Part shown: piece by piece, positions 25,301 through 37,500 of the stretch
How the letters are laid out: the number at the start of each line of letters is the position of its first letter
Position numbering within the stretch: position 1 is the stretch's first letter
Assembly: GCA_040954595.2 (NCBI GenBank)
Contig: CM082596.2
Coordinates: 6,708,791 to 6,772,790, forward strand
Direction of reading: 5' to 3'
DNA length: 64,000 nucleotides
Origin: Balanoglossus misakiensis
Taxonomy: Eukaryota > Animalia > Hemichordata
The notes under the pieces: generated by a model
The model's input: only the letters and a program-made list of their open reading frames with translations
What the model was told of the DNA's origin: nothing
The model's database searches: none
Position numbers and translations under genes: made by a program

Positions 25301-28300
25301 CAATTTCACTTCATTTCATTACATACACAAAAAATATTTATGACTGGTGCATACTTTGACAGTATCATGACAGGCAGACTCACCCATAGATGACAGATGC
25401 AGTCATCCTACAAAATAAACAGAATGGTCCGGAAAGCCAGAACACTCTTCCCCATTTTATCAAACTTTGAATATATGATAATTGATGGTCGAATTCTTGA
25501 TTTTAGACTTAACATTTCCGATAGCAGGACACACTGCATCCCTAGTTTATTTCTTTGTAACATCAGTAATAAATGATAAGTTTAAATTATAATCAGAACT
25601 TATGAAAACCACAGATAGTAGAAAGAGCCCTTCTGTGAACAGACCGACTTTACTCATAAAGCAATTTATTGATGATACTGACTGATTTAGAAACAATTCA
25701 GTTCTTTTCATTTTTCATCACCACACTTCTTTTTACATTTCAGGGCCAGCCAACACTAAGGAACACACACACATGACAGAAAACATCACCATAGCTATTT
25801 TCACAAAATTCCAAAGGAACTTTAACAATAACCATAAACAACAGCCATTTGATTGTCTAAAACAGTTTTCCCAGAAGCATTTCTGAGCTACCAGCCAAGC
25901 AGAACTGCTCCAAAATGGGTTCCACTAAGCCCTACTGACAGGCTCGTCAAATTACTACAATACAAAGTGACATGACAGCAATAAATACATCAAAGAGAAG
26001 GCTTGATTATTTATGAACAGCTAATTTTCATATAGATTATGACTTGCAATTATGCAAATTATATCATTTCAATAATTTATTGTCTAAATTTCGAAATAAT
26101 TCTTGAATAAATACATCCATCTTGTTCCATACTAGATGGACCATATTTTGCTCATTACTAAAATAACTGGTATTTCAGAATATAAATTTAGCCAAAGATA
26201 GGACTAGACTTCAGTGACCTCATTAATATTCAGTGACCTTATTAATATTCAAAGAATGTACCACAAGAATTAAAAATCTTCAATTCTTCACGTAGATTCT
26301 CAGGCTTACGCTGACTTCGTACAATGCAGTGAATCGGTAAATTTGTCGAACAGCAATGAATGTAGAAAAATATTTTTTTATCTGCTGACTTAATTGATTA
26401 TTTCAAATAATACTCGAGTTGGCTATATCAATACTTACTCTTCAAACTGTGCAAATTTCAATGTTATTAATAAAAAAACTTCCATAGGCTGACATAATTG
26501 CTTTATGAATATTCATTAGCTCCTCTCAATAAATGACCCTATTTCATAATAATAGAACGAGGGTGATTCAGTCTCTGCTCATTTTCGATTCTGAGGTCGA
26601 GTTTCAGTTTACACATCACTTAGTACATGATCACAGCCACCGACAACATGTATTGAGTACAACCCACTCTTTGCACAGTACATGTATGAAAGAAAACACG
26701 CCAATACTTTTTAATGGCCCCCAGGGACAACCAAATTATGACGACTTCTCGCTACAATTTACAAGCTGCGACAAAAGGGACATGCCCAGATAATCTCATA
26801 ATGAACTTCAGAATTTTGTTCCACACAATTGAGCCAGTTTTATTTTAGTCAATTCATGTGTCACGATTTTACTTCAAACACACGTGCATGCATCGTTCAG
26901 AAATTAGCGTACTTCATTTTTTTAAAACGGATCTGGTTAAAAAGCAAGTACATCGTATAAAGCCAGTTTTGGCGATCGTTGCAAAATGACTTACAGCAAA
27001 CCGATGGCATCAGGCAGGAATTACACTTCCAAGCTTATCTACTCTCACTCTAATTTCATTTCCCACTCATATCACTTATTATCTCATCAGCCCTGGTAAC
27101 ATCCACTGAAGACTGAAAGTGAGATATTATGTGGTCCTCCCAATGTGACCATGATACAGTAATTGAGTGGGGGGGGGGGGGAAATTATCTCTTGATTGAT
27201 TTTGCCTTTAGCAAATTAATGAAAATGTTTGGAGGCAAATTAGATATATAAAAAGAAAGTCCCTTGGATGCCTCTGGAGTCATTAGCAGAGAACACACGA
27301 CTGGTGGTCCCTGGAGAAGCGGTTGATGAATGTGTCCAACACCTGCACTGGAGTGAGTGGGTTGTAGAAAGTAGAGTGATAACTGAGTGAGTACATGTAC
27401 TCATAGGGGTTGAAGGGCTCAATTACCATTCCACACAGCTACAGGCAAACAAAGACACACAGGACACACAGGACACACACACACACACATATTTATACAC
27501 CTCTGTGCATGCGTGCATACATACATACACATACATACATACAGTACATACATACACTATACAGTTTAGTCTCCTGATGAGTGAGTCCAGTGACTCACGA
27601 AACAACGTTGTAGAGATTATACCACCTACATCCATCCATGCACCCAGAAAGACAACAATATCATTCTGTAAAATTATATGACTTAATGCAATTCTTGATT
27701 TGATTTGATTCCGGTTTATCAAATTGGATGACTTTTTGGATATGCTCATAGCACAAAACCTTCAAATTGAAAAAAATCAGCAATTAAATGTTTTGATGTA
27801 GATTGTTTATAATCACGCCAGTCATATATTGCCTCCCAGTGCTGGAAGAAACATTTGAATCCCCTCCTAGCCCTTTGTCGCCTGGCAACCGCAAACCGCA
27901 AGTGACCCGACCACTAACGGGATCGCAGCCACCGCAAATGCTAATGAAACTTTGATTCGTATTTTTCATCGGGATGTCATGTCAAATAAACGCAGACCCA
28001 CGCCTGCAAAACTAATTAAAAATTAAGGTGTGTGGTGCAACACTGCTGAGTTAACACATACATTTTATACTGCATTTATCATAAACTTTCTATATTGCCC
28101 CATGGAGAGCATGGTTAAACAAGCTGTCATACAACCAAAACAAACTTTCTTGTTCTGTTTGTCTTGCGGTTCAAAATAAAATTTCATCAGGCCTTTGCTG
28201 GCACTCTTTGGGAAAAACAGCCTATTTTTATCAAAATTTAAAAATTTAGATACTTCAAATTCACCTTTAAAGCATAGACTCTAAATTTTCATCACATCTA

Positions 28301-28595
28301 GATTATTAACATCCCTAGAGGGCGGTCTTTAAGTAGGAGGTTGCACTGCACTGATGCATTCATTCAGAGATTGGAACGTGAACACATACCCAAAACCATT
28401 TATGGCTCCCAGTTAAAACAGTTCGACTTTTTGAGAACATTGTCTTTCACACATCTGACAAAACGTTTACGATTCACTCACCCTAATTGGCTTAACACTA
28501 AACTGGACTTTTCTTGTTTCACTGCGTTCAAACTTATGTTCTGGAAGTCCGGGAATCTCGTCTCTGTAATCGAGGTAAGCTAGCTCTTCAGCCTC
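1128..28595 (-). CDS. PPP1R9A: Neurabin/spinophilin-family PP1 regulatory subunit, partial multi-exon gene (13 core exons in window; both ends outside)
   Basis: Spliced translation gives [116 protein letters not shown], recognisably the neurabin PP1-binding and PDZ module, followed by a coiled coil. All 12 junctions are GT-AG with compatible phases. Probably co-orthologous to PPP1R9A and PPP1R9B. Confidence 0.95.
3410..3583 (-). CDS. PPP1R9A: Core exon 12 (174 nt, phase 0/0): [41 protein letters not shown]...SPPSQ
   Basis: Acceptor cctccatcag|, donor CAG|gtagct; resembles the neurabin-1 'FN...PET.RLD....K..A.L....R.RP.R' motif (recalled, not aligned). Confidence 0.9.
3878..3972. mobile_element. 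Same TTAA-MITE family, opposite orientation to 4980-5072
   Basis: ccctttcaccaccatggtttggtccaaacc..ttttctatggtgaagttggacttctaacgag..ggtgaagggg is the reverse-complement homologue of the 4980 copy. Confidence 0.75.
4028..4248 (-). CDS. PPP1R9A: Core exon 11 (221 nt, phase 1/0): acidic (A)[28 protein letters not shown]...KLEGIST
   Basis: Acceptor ttttatacag|, donor ACA|gtaagt; GC-rich open frame. Confidence 0.85.
4862..4908 (-). CDS. PPP1R9A: Candidate 47-nt exon (phase 1/0): [16 protein letters not shown], same phases as core exon 11
   Basis: Branch-like ctgac then aaacctag| (weak tract); donor ACT|gtaagc; open frame. Confidence 0.4.
4980..5072. mobile_element. piggyBac-like MITE (TTAA-CCC...GGG-TTAA), best-preserved copy
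   Basis: TTAA CCCTTTCACC ... GGTGAAAGGG TTAA; 85-bp body. Confidence 0.8.
6693..6719 (-). CDS. PPP1R9A: Predicted 27-nt microexon (phase 1/1): DYFEEPVYH
   Basis: Pyrimidine tract ctctgtcgttttctcatacaag|, donor ATG|gtaagc; keeps frame between core exons 10 and 11. Confidence 0.7.
7734..7835 (-). CDS. PPP1R9A: Core exon 10 (102 nt, phase 1/1): (D)[33 protein letters not shown]
   Basis: Acceptor tttcactcag|, donor TGG|gtaagc; open acidic frame, GC-richer than flanks. Confidence 0.85.
8075..8324 (-). CDS. PPP1R9A: Core exon 9 (250 nt, phase 0/1): [10 protein letters not shown]... E/K/V-rich low-complexity segment
   Basis: Acceptor ctctcag|, donor CAG|gtaggt; this donor is the one of two tandem GTs that matches the phase of the next exon. 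Confidence 0.87.
8501..8597 (-). CDS. PPP1R9A: Core exon 8 (97 nt, phase 2/0): [32 protein letters not shown]
   Basis: Acceptor ttttcctcttcaag|, donor AAG|gtaact; continues the coiled coil in frame. Confidence 0.9.
8851..9032. mobile_element. Tc1/mariner (pogo/Tigger-like) MITE with TA target-site duplication
   Basis: TA-CAGTATAAAACTCCAATTATCCGAACT ... AGTTCAGATAATTGGAGTTTTACTG-TA; ~25-bp TIRs with one 2-nt indel and one mismatch. Confidence 0.85.
9034..9251 (-). CDS. PPP1R9A: Core exon 7 (218 nt, phase 0/2): coiled coil VLQAQGWE...[22 protein letters not shown]
   Basis: Acceptor cttccattcag|, donor CAG|gtacag; 'QY.ALE.KY.KAK.LIK.FQ' neurabin motif. Confidence 0.95.
9588..9683 (-). CDS. PPP1R9A: Candidate alternative terminal or poison exon: [31 protein letters not shown]
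   Basis: Strong acceptor cccacctgtccgtcttccag|; phase 0 frame open to TGA. Confidence 0.4.
   Translation of the reverse strand, partial: ERDSRKSIHFSALSLLSLSTYTSNQSLVPKD
9848..9880 (-). CDS. PPP1R9A: Predicted 33-nt microexon (phase 0/0): [11 protein letters not shown]
   Basis: Long pyrimidine-rich tract ending cttctccacatacag|, donor TCT|gtgagt; in frame between core exons 6 and 7. Confidence 0.55.
10571..10777 (-). CDS. PPP1R9A: Core exon 6 (207 nt, phase 0/0): acidic linker plus coiled-coil start QSAEHDSES...[22 protein letters not shown]
   Basis: Acceptor ttttccag|, donor CAG|gtaaga; resembles the neurabin 'K.KELQ.K.AV.EAE' coil start. Confidence 0.93.
11197..11305 (-). CDS. PPP1R9A: Core exon 5 (109 nt, phase 2/0): [36 protein letters not shown]
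   Basis: Acceptor tttctgatttag|, donor CAG|gtaaga; matches the neurabin end-of-PDZ 'F.IGRE...SEVA.LI.Q.L.QE' segment. Confidence 0.95.
11848..11952 (-). CDS. PPP1R9A: Core exon 4 (105 nt, phase 2/2): [38 protein letters not shown]
   Basis: Not in the ORF track; translated by hand. Acceptor ttgcag|, donor CAG|gtatgc. Confidence 0.96.
12712..12832 (-). CDS. PPP1R9A: Core exon 3 (121 nt, phase 1/2): [44 protein letters not shown]
   Basis: Acceptor tcttgcag|, donor CAG|gtaagg; GLGL carboxylate-binding loop. Confidence 0.97.
14830..14962 (-). CDS. PPP1R9A: Core exon 2 (133 nt, phase 0/1): [44 protein letters not shown]
   Basis: Acceptor tttcag|, donor AAG|gtcagt; highly conserved neurabin PP1-binding segment and PDZ betaA. 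Confidence 0.97.
15352..15365. promoter_or_regulatory. RFX X-box-like palindrome GTTGCCATGGCGAC (representative of a dispersed set)
   Basis: One mismatch from GTTGCCATGGCAAC; function untested. Confidence 0.45.
21633..21725. mobile_element. Same TTAA-MITE family
   Basis: ccctttcagcaccatggtttggtccaaa..ttttctatggtaaa..gagggaactgggggtgaaagggttaa. Confidence 0.75.
24643..24756 (-). CDS. PPP1R9A: Predicted alternative RVxF exon: [38 protein letters not shown], splicing to core exon 2
   Basis: ATG at 24756, donor GAG|gtacgt in phase 0; KRVHFS lies at the same distance from the donor as RKVQFS in core exon 1; CpG-rich upstream flank. Confidence 0.75.
27454..27560 (+). repeat. Compound (CA)n/(CATA)n microsatellite
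   Basis: gacacacaggacacacaggacacacacacacacacat...catacatacatacacatacatacat. Confidence 0.85.
28482..28595 (-). CDS. PPP1R9A: Core exon 1 (114 nt, phase 0/0): [38 protein letters not shown], canonical RVxF exon
   Basis: Acceptor tttttttcttacag|, donor AGG|gtgagt; EIPGL and RKVQF match the neurabin PP1-docking region. Confidence 0.93.
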
Positions 28596-31500
28596 CTGTA
28601 AGAAAAAAAGCAAAAAAAAACAAATAAATTTTAGTTTCACAAAATTTTCGTAGAATGACACATTTGATAAACTGGGGAAAATTCACACAAAAGTTTTCTA
28701 ATGAGCGCCATCAATATCAAGGTTGGGATTTTCTTTCGGATGAAGCTCCCTCAACGACAATGTTGGACTTTTCTTCCCTTTTAAGTGCATGATGGATGCA
28801 CTTTCACTACACGGATATCAAATTGCAAATTCATGCCTGCAATAGAAATCAACTTTCATCAATAATATAATGCTGGCTGAACATGTATCAGTTGTGTTTC
28901 AAAACCTAAATACTGCACACTTCTTGATGGCTTAGAGCCAACGCAAACAAAAAATACTGGAAAATATGTCAAAAGTTACAGCTCTTCCAATCAGTAGGCC
29001 TGTGTGTTCAATTTGTCAGAGCACTATATATTGTGTCACAGTGCCCTCACTCGTCAGAATTTCATTTTCACGCTCACTCTCACAGCTGTTCTCCCAAGAG
29101 CACCATTTACAAATAAATTTGGGCTTATGAAAAAAATATGTGTGAAGCCCGGAACTAGTTGTTATCTGATACTCAAAACGACAAAATTTTGCTAAATAGG
29201 GTGGAAATTTAAAAGAAGCAGACACATTCTGGAATCTTTTGATCACACCGATATGATCATATTTCAAAGTCCTCTTTCTAATATCACAAGAAGAAAATAT
29301 TACTTCATATCAACTTGCAGGAATGTTTCAATACACTGGCGCCAAGGAAAATGGATATGCCACCCTCTTACTGCAGACATACAACTCAAGATTAACGAAG
29401 CTATCCCATTCCCCAGATCATATCAGAAATCGGTTTTCATCTATTAGAGTTCGACAGCAACAGAAGCCAGGCATTTTATTGCCCTTTACAATGAGAATAT
29501 CTTCGTGGAAAAAACGACGCAACTCTATCTTAGATCAACTCAAAGAAAATCGCATCATTGCACAAGACATTCATGCAGGTACTTGCAATGCTTCTTTTTT
29601 TCACTGCTGTCGTGAGGTTAACATGGAAACTCCACCAGTACAGATACGATTCCTCAGTTTTTAAGGGAAGCTTATATCAGTACATGCATTTCACTGCAGC
29701 ACTCTTTGATAATAATCTGCAAGGTTCACATGGCTACTGGCAGCCAGCAACAAAAGTGCTCTGATGACTGAATTGGGTTTATTGCCTTTTATAGCAAGCC
29801 AAGAGTACATTTGGCAGGGTGGGGGTGCGGGGTGACAGGTCTTGGTTGAGAAGCTGCCCTCAGACAGTGCATGCCGAAGATTTATTTCACAAACTTCAAA
29901 CCGAACATTGTATAAGAAGGATGCTACACGTGCTGGGGTGACTCTAATTTACATGTATACACCAGTGAAAGAAAATTCAAGGAAGAGATGATTGGATTAA
30001 GTGTAGCAGGGCTGTGCCTGGATGGGAATACATTTGCCTCTTTTAAATGATTTGACATGCATTCAAGAAAATTCTCATCGCTCATTACTACAGCTGGGCT
30101 TGTCAAAGCAATTCAGGGAGACGGTTCAACAATGCGCCCGAATTCAATAGACCAATATTTCAATGCCGGCGTTCTAACGACATGTGACCGGAATTGAGGC
30201 TTCCGACATCCATTAGATAACAACTGAATAATCCGTAATCACGTCTGGTCCAATTTCTACCTCTCTCTCTCTCTTTTTTAATTCCTTTCGAATGAAAACA
30301 CGTCCATGCTGATTCTCGGCATGCTGTTTCCCTTTCACACCTCGCAGCGACGGCGACGTTTGTAGACAGTGTTTCATTTTCGTCGACCGTTTGAAAGCAT
30401 CACGCACTTGCTTTATTTACAGCATGCAGCTTCTCAACAGAACGAGACCGCGCCAATAGCGAGGCGCTGCGACCATTAAATCAGTGAATAGACCGTCGAA
30501 ACTGCAACATCGTCTCAGACGCGGAAATTCAGCGCAAATGAAAAGGAATAACATCATTTCGAATAAAGCATGGACACAACACTTTTTTTATAAAGTATAG
30601 ACCGCATTCTAAACTAGCAGAAATTACACATTTCTTTTACAGTATCAGACACTGTATTCTAAACTAAAGTGAAATTACAAACATTCTCATGTTACTTCAT
30701 CATCGCAATCTGCGCCCACTACTCGAACTTGACCATGAAATACACCAAGGTGACCTTATACCCAAATAACATCAAAATTAGCAAATCAGTCACAGAACTA
30801 AATTCCACTCGAGCAGATAAATGTATTCCCTCCACTCTTATTTTTCTCTCCAAAAAACACACATTCGGCGACCGAAATTAAATTCTGCGAGATGAACGGC
30901 AAAGTCGCCGGGGGAGAAGTATTCTGGCTGCTAATTGCTTCACGTGGCCGTCACACAAAAACACACTGAGCAGAAACGTTTAATCTAATTGCCGTGTCTT
31001 TCAACCTTTTGGAAGTCAATTCATCTGCTGGATGAAAATGTTTGCGGTGAGGTGCTTGATTGCGTATTCGTTTACGCCGATAATTACGCGACGTGTCGAC
31101 TTCGATTCTGTTCAAAACCCAAGCCACGTCGGGCAAGGTGGTGACCCTGTCCACTGAAATCAAGGGTTCCCGGAACTAGAGTCTCTTTAATAGGCAAACT
31201 ATTCACAATATAAAAATTAGAAAAAGTGACCGAAAAGGAAGTTATATGAATGGCTATGCATGAATTGACTTTCACGAATAACCTGTCTCGCGTAGGTGAT
31301 TGGGAACACAATGAGAACTCAAATTTCAGTGCGTAATTGCACGTGTTTGCAAAATTCGAGTAATTGTATACCGCGTGTATTCTCTGAGCCATTAACCAGT
31401 GGGCCACTCCTCGAAAGAGGGCAGAGACATGAATTACAAAATCAACATGTAAGTTCAGTTCGTTCATTTACGAGAGGGGAGAGATCGAGTCATTCAGTTT

Positions 31501-34500
31501 TGCCTTCATCAAAATCAGAATATCAGTTGCAGAGAAAATTACCAAACAGAGTAAAAAGATACGGCAGAAATTCAATAGGCAGGAAGAAAATGATGGAAGG
31601 GCTTTAACAGAGAGCATGTCTATCGTCACACACATCACACGACTGGGTAATATCAGCCAAACTCGTAGTGAACAAACACTAAATAATTCAAAAACTTGTG
31701 GCGTTGTAAACTTTCATTTCAGAAGCAGGAACTGTGTCAAAAGGAATTCATTTGTAGTGCACTATTTCTTCGGTTGAAGACAGCCTTATGCAAAAGTCAG
31801 TGCACGATTCTCACCGAGCACTTTGAGATCGACACCTGCTGGATTGTACATGTCCAGCATTCCAACAGAACACCCTATTGTGACAGTCACATGTTTATTT
31901 ATTGCAGCAAGGGGCAACGCAGCGACACCATATATATCTCTGACGGATCAGAAAATGACAGTGCAGTTTGTCCACCAGGATTACAAACCAGATCTTTCAG
32001 ATGTAATTTGTCAGTATGTGCACAGTTATACCTTTCAAACGAACGGCACCAGCCAGAAGTGGTTAAGCACTGAAGACGCGAATATCTGCATACCGAGTTG
32101 ATTAAACCACGTACAGCCCCGGAGTACAAACCCCGACAGCAATCCACCAATCAGTGGTGCCAGTTTCCATTGCCTCTCCGACGCAAAACACCCCTGATGC
32201 CATCATTTTCAATCAGATGGACGAATCGTGCCTAATCTAACGATCTGAGGGCGTGTGAGTGCGCTTGAAGTTGCACCTGCCTTTTATTAGTCTCGTACCC
32301 AGCACTGGGAAACAAGTGTAAAATACTGTTTTGTTATTTATATCGGTCACAGCTATACTGGCACAGACATGAATCACATTGAAAGAATTCATGGTTGAAT
32401 GAACCAAAAGGTGTCGAAATCGGCGCAGAAACTCTTGGTCAACTTCGCAGCAATGAACTGTGCACTTACAACACTGACATGCTATTCTCTTTCAAACTTA
32501 ACAACCACTTTAAGAATTGGATCATGGATGTCAGTCATTTACACAGCCCATAAAAAAGTATCTCTTAAATATTGCAAACCTACTGCAAACGTGCATGTTG
32601 GCTGCAAATAAACTGGTCGGAATTATTCATTCCATCCATTTGAGAGTCCTCAACCCCGCCGTGATCAAATTGGCAGATGGACTTGGCAATTATAGAATAT
32701 TCCGTTGCCTGGCAACCAAGAAATGATAAGCCGGAAAACGGTTGAAATAGAGTCAACCTGTCTGACCCAGTCACCAGAGGGACGGAGGAAAATGTGCAGT
32801 TGATGAGTCGGTTGGTCGGCGGAGGTTCTTTGAACGTGAGGGTCCTGCAGTGAACAGGAACAGCTGTTTGGCACAGATAGGCATTGTAGTCCACTGTGAT
32901 GACGATATCCAGTGTTGCAATGCTGTGAGAACTAGGGCCTTTACTAGCAGGACTTTCTGGTGCTGCAGCTACTGATATGAAACACTAAAATCACTACTTG
33001 GACAACAACCATGATTTTTCGGGGTGTATCTCTGCAAGGGTCCGCTGTTCGCGAACCAGATCATTTTATCTGCGAATCACATCTTATGAAACATTTCCCG
33101 CGGCAGAAATGCAAGATGTACCTATTAATGTGCTGTAAAGCAGACGATGTAAAAAATTTCCACCCAGCCCTCTCCTGGCTATTCTATTTCTGGCACGACT
33201 TGATTACAGTTCAGACATAAAAGCGGTTCAATATCATATGCAACCACATTACTTAGCAGTCGATGAAAATGGCCCTCTGTGATCTAATTTTGGAATGGAT
33301 ACTACAACTGAAAAACAAAGACAGAAAAAAAAATCAATGCAACGCCCTCAGCTAACTGTAAAGTGATACACAATGACTTCCATTGCATCAAAATTATGTA
33401 CAAAATGAATTCAGGAATTTCATTCATTATAACCATTCAGATTCTACTGAAGTTCCTGCACACCAATATTCAATCAATCATGAAATAAAATCTTCTGAAT
33501 ATTAGAGTTTGTCAAAAGCATCTGGAGTGCCCCCCTAAATTTACCCCTGGAATTCTATATAATTTTGCTTGATATCATATTCAAATCATGGGGAAAAATT
33601 ACAGCTTTGGGATTTTCATTGCATTTCAGTCAAAAATTATTAAGAGTTAGCTCAAATTTTGGACACCTGAAGCTGAAGAAAACATAATTAAATACTAAGT
33701 GAAATTAAATTAATGTAATGTCGTGAAATTTCACTTTTTAGGAAAGCTTCAGCCGATGCAAATATACAACAGAATTCTTTATCTCCAGGGGATTGGACTA
33801 CGGCAGCATGCAGTAAAATACTCTGCAAAGTGAATAATTGTCTCGAGGGTCAAAGATGTAGCCCAACGAATTTCCTGTCTTGTTTCAGACAAAAAAAAAT
33901 CTGATGTACGACCCAAAGCGCCCAGGTCAATGAAATAAAAGTAAATAGAAGTGATTGGATTTCCAATTTTATGGCCCATCCTCGTTCAGATCTGTCCTTC
34001 AAGCGTTGAACAAATATTTCTTGCTTAACACTGCATAAAGGTCAGGTTCACCATTCAAAATTTTTGTATAAGTAATTCATTTTCGTACAAATGATGCGTA
34101 CGGAAACAAATTAAATCATGCAGATATGACCAAGAGAGAGCTAATCACTTCTAGGATTCTAGGATTTGCAAAAAACGTTCAACAAGAAACTTGAAGATAC
34201 TGCCATAGCTTGTTATGAATTTCTAAATCTCAAATTAGTGACCATTTATTTAAATTGGTAGGCGCTTAGCCTGTTATCTGCAAAATCGTGTCTAGTTCAT
34301 CGAGCATTCCATACAGATCCCTCCAACTGCTATACAGGCCTGTTTAAACATTATTCAACCTATGTCTATATAGACAGGATCGTTTGAATGCCCACTTAAC
34401 GTCGAACAGACATGCTATAAAAAGACATGGAAGCTCGATCTGCACAGTTCTGCACCATCTATCCTGAATACATTTCAGTTTCTATCCTAGGCAAACTCTC

Positions 34501-37500
34501 ACTGGCAATACCTCATCACGGCTCATCAAACAAGATAAACAAGCGCCAGCTTTTGACATGATATCTCATGAGTGCTTCAAATGGACAAGATATAGGGATT
34601 AGTCAGCTTCAGACAACTTCATGGGGGGGGGGGGGTAACAAAGTCTAAACTGTATGTATTAAAACTAAAATGTTTTTAAGTCACAGGGAAAAGTGGCATA
34701 AATTTTCTTGAGATATTCACACAGGGAAACAGAATTGGCAGTTGTTACAGTAATTACTCCCACTGCTTATTACCATCGTCATTACTGTCCAATTACTAAC
34801 AGGAATCGTGTCCAGAACGTTGCAATCTCAGATGCCCATCCTGCTGGTGCAGTGATCTTCCCAGTACATGCCCGCCCAACACATAAAGACTGATAACTGA
34901 AAAGTACAATGCTTTGCTGACAATTTGCAAGTGTCTCTGTCTCTCGTCTGATTCGTGTTCTCGTCCTGTGAAACGCGCGGATACATATAAACAACCCCCG
35001 CTAATTAAGGGGAAGGGTACAATGATCAGGGACCCTGACAACAGTGCTTGCTTCTGTGGCTGGCACAACGGGCAGGGATGCTGTTAGTGTTTGCTACTGG
35101 GGCTATCCATTTCTATCAATATTTCAGAGTGCATTCGATTTGATCAAACCCATACTTCACCGATGAAAGTGACAGCTGCTGATATGACTAAAGCATTTTT
35201 CGCCTCACACACGACAAAGAACCAGTGTTCGTCAATCCAGTGATACTGAATGGACACAAAGCTGGTTGCATGTTACCATGACAACATGCACTGCAGGGTT
35301 TGTGGTACCTGTCATGGCCAGACCTGCTGCCTCCACCCACCGCTATCCAGCAAACCGCGAAATTGCGAGTTTATTCGCAATCAACTCCAACCAGTCGCGT
35401 TCTCTCCCTTCCTCGTGCATTTAACGAGCCCTGCAAATATTCATTTCACTGCGAACCGATGGACGTTAATTGAGCCAGCTTTCGCTTTTGTCCGGCCTAA
35501 CAGCATTTTTCGATCAGTTCAGACCATTTGATTGGACAACAGGTTTTCTCTTTTTAGAGCAAAAAGAGTAATACCCCGTCAAATCTGCTCCAATGATTCA
35601 ACATCCATCAAGATTTCAATCTCCCACTTTCCTGGATTTCCCCCCCCCCCCTTTCTCTTTCATTCATTCTTGCATCAAACAAACAGCGACTAGTATAAAA
35701 TCCAATCTGCCTTTTAGCCAACGCAACACGACAAGTCCAATTACACCTAAACACTACTGAGTCGCCCCGATAACGCAAGGCACTTACGAGATCCCCGTAT
35801 TTGTGAATCTATAAATAACACAATTTCTGCACAAACTTTACACCGCTAAAATGGTTAGCCAGTACACATATCTCAATATTACGTATCCCAATTTACAAAT
35901 GCGTTTGTCACACCCCAGCACCCTTTCAAGCAAGGAAACGCTTTCACGCAATAAAGTGTACATGCATGCATCTTATAAAGAAATAAAGTGGTCATCTATT
36001 GATGTTTTTCAAAAAGTGTTTCGCACGTCAAGCTCTTCATGTCAATTTGCCAACTGCGAAAAAGGTGAATGAACAACGAACAGCCCTCCCCTGGCTCTGG
36101 TTCAATGTGACACATATACAGAACAACGTAACGACTTCATCTCTTGAAATAACGTCACACTTCCAAAGTTCTGCATTCACACTTTCATTGCTGCACAGTA
36201 AACAGGCCAAACCACTGCCACTTGAAAACACCGCAACTGGACCACCAGTTCCGAGCAACAGGGATTAAACCTCAATGCATTCAATGGCTTAGATGAAACA
36301 ACAAACTGTGTACCATTATTTGAGGACACCAGCCTCCGTCCATTTATATTGTTTAATGCACTGAAACTGATCAGAAACTGACACAAAGTGGCTCGTTCAA
36401 CAGCTCATTACGGAACAGAAACAGAAAAACACATCAGTATGTGTGTCCCTTTTATTGGGTAATGTCTTTGAGCAGTTATTAAAATTGCTGCAGTTGCCGT
36501 TTTTCAGACAAATGTAATTACCAAATAGATTTCACGGCAAATCAATGTGACACAACGCTGATTATCACGTCGCTGAAATTGACAACCCCGCACAATGCTT
36601 CCAAAGGGAGTGATATCACTTAACAACCAATAAAGATAGCATCAGTGGCGAAATGAAACATGTTTTCTATTATCAAACTGATCTTCTACCTCAGAGGCAG
36701 AACAGAGTCACGAAAATTACAAAAATCCAAAAGATTGTTCCACGATGACCTTCAAGGCATGGAAGATAAAATAACATATACTTTTAAGAGCCATTTACTA
36801 GATGGTGATGATGGTCGGTATGTGAGATAAACAATAAGTCCAAAAATATCCCACATAGTCTGTGCTAAAATGCATGTCACATTCTGGAAATTTAAATTTG
36901 TAAGAATGCAAGAATGCGATCAATCCACACACAGGTATTGTAATGCATGAGTGTTAGTGTTATGAATAAATTCTGGGGCTAACAGTGGTTTCTGCAATTT
37001 TTTGTACACCGGGTAACTGGCATGTTTCAATGAAATTATTCTGCTGAACACCACAAAGGGAAAAATAATCGGCAAGATTCTGATCAATGTCAAAGGGTAA
37101 CGGTTAAAGTTCATAGAATTTTAAGTCAGTGGGTGGATTTTCGTACAACACATCTGCACCTAAAGAATATTTTGCATCATTAACTTCTGTACCAAGGAAC
37201 ACTAAACCAGCGTAAAAGGCCACTGAAATGATGGACGAGTGTTCACTCCAATATCTCACAATATCCATCTTACGGAAGTTGTTTTCAGCGCAAAATTTGT
37301 AATGATTGTGTAATACACACAGATGGCTGATGACAAAAACCCACCGGTGTGTATCAAATTCCAGCTCAGCAATTTTCAGCGTTCATTCCCCCCACCTCGT
37401 TCAGTCTCTCGAGACGGTTCTGTTTTGTACTGAGACTTGCAAGCACTCTTAGCTTCATGCTGAGCAGCTGATAACACAGCAAACTCTCCCCCATCAAAGC

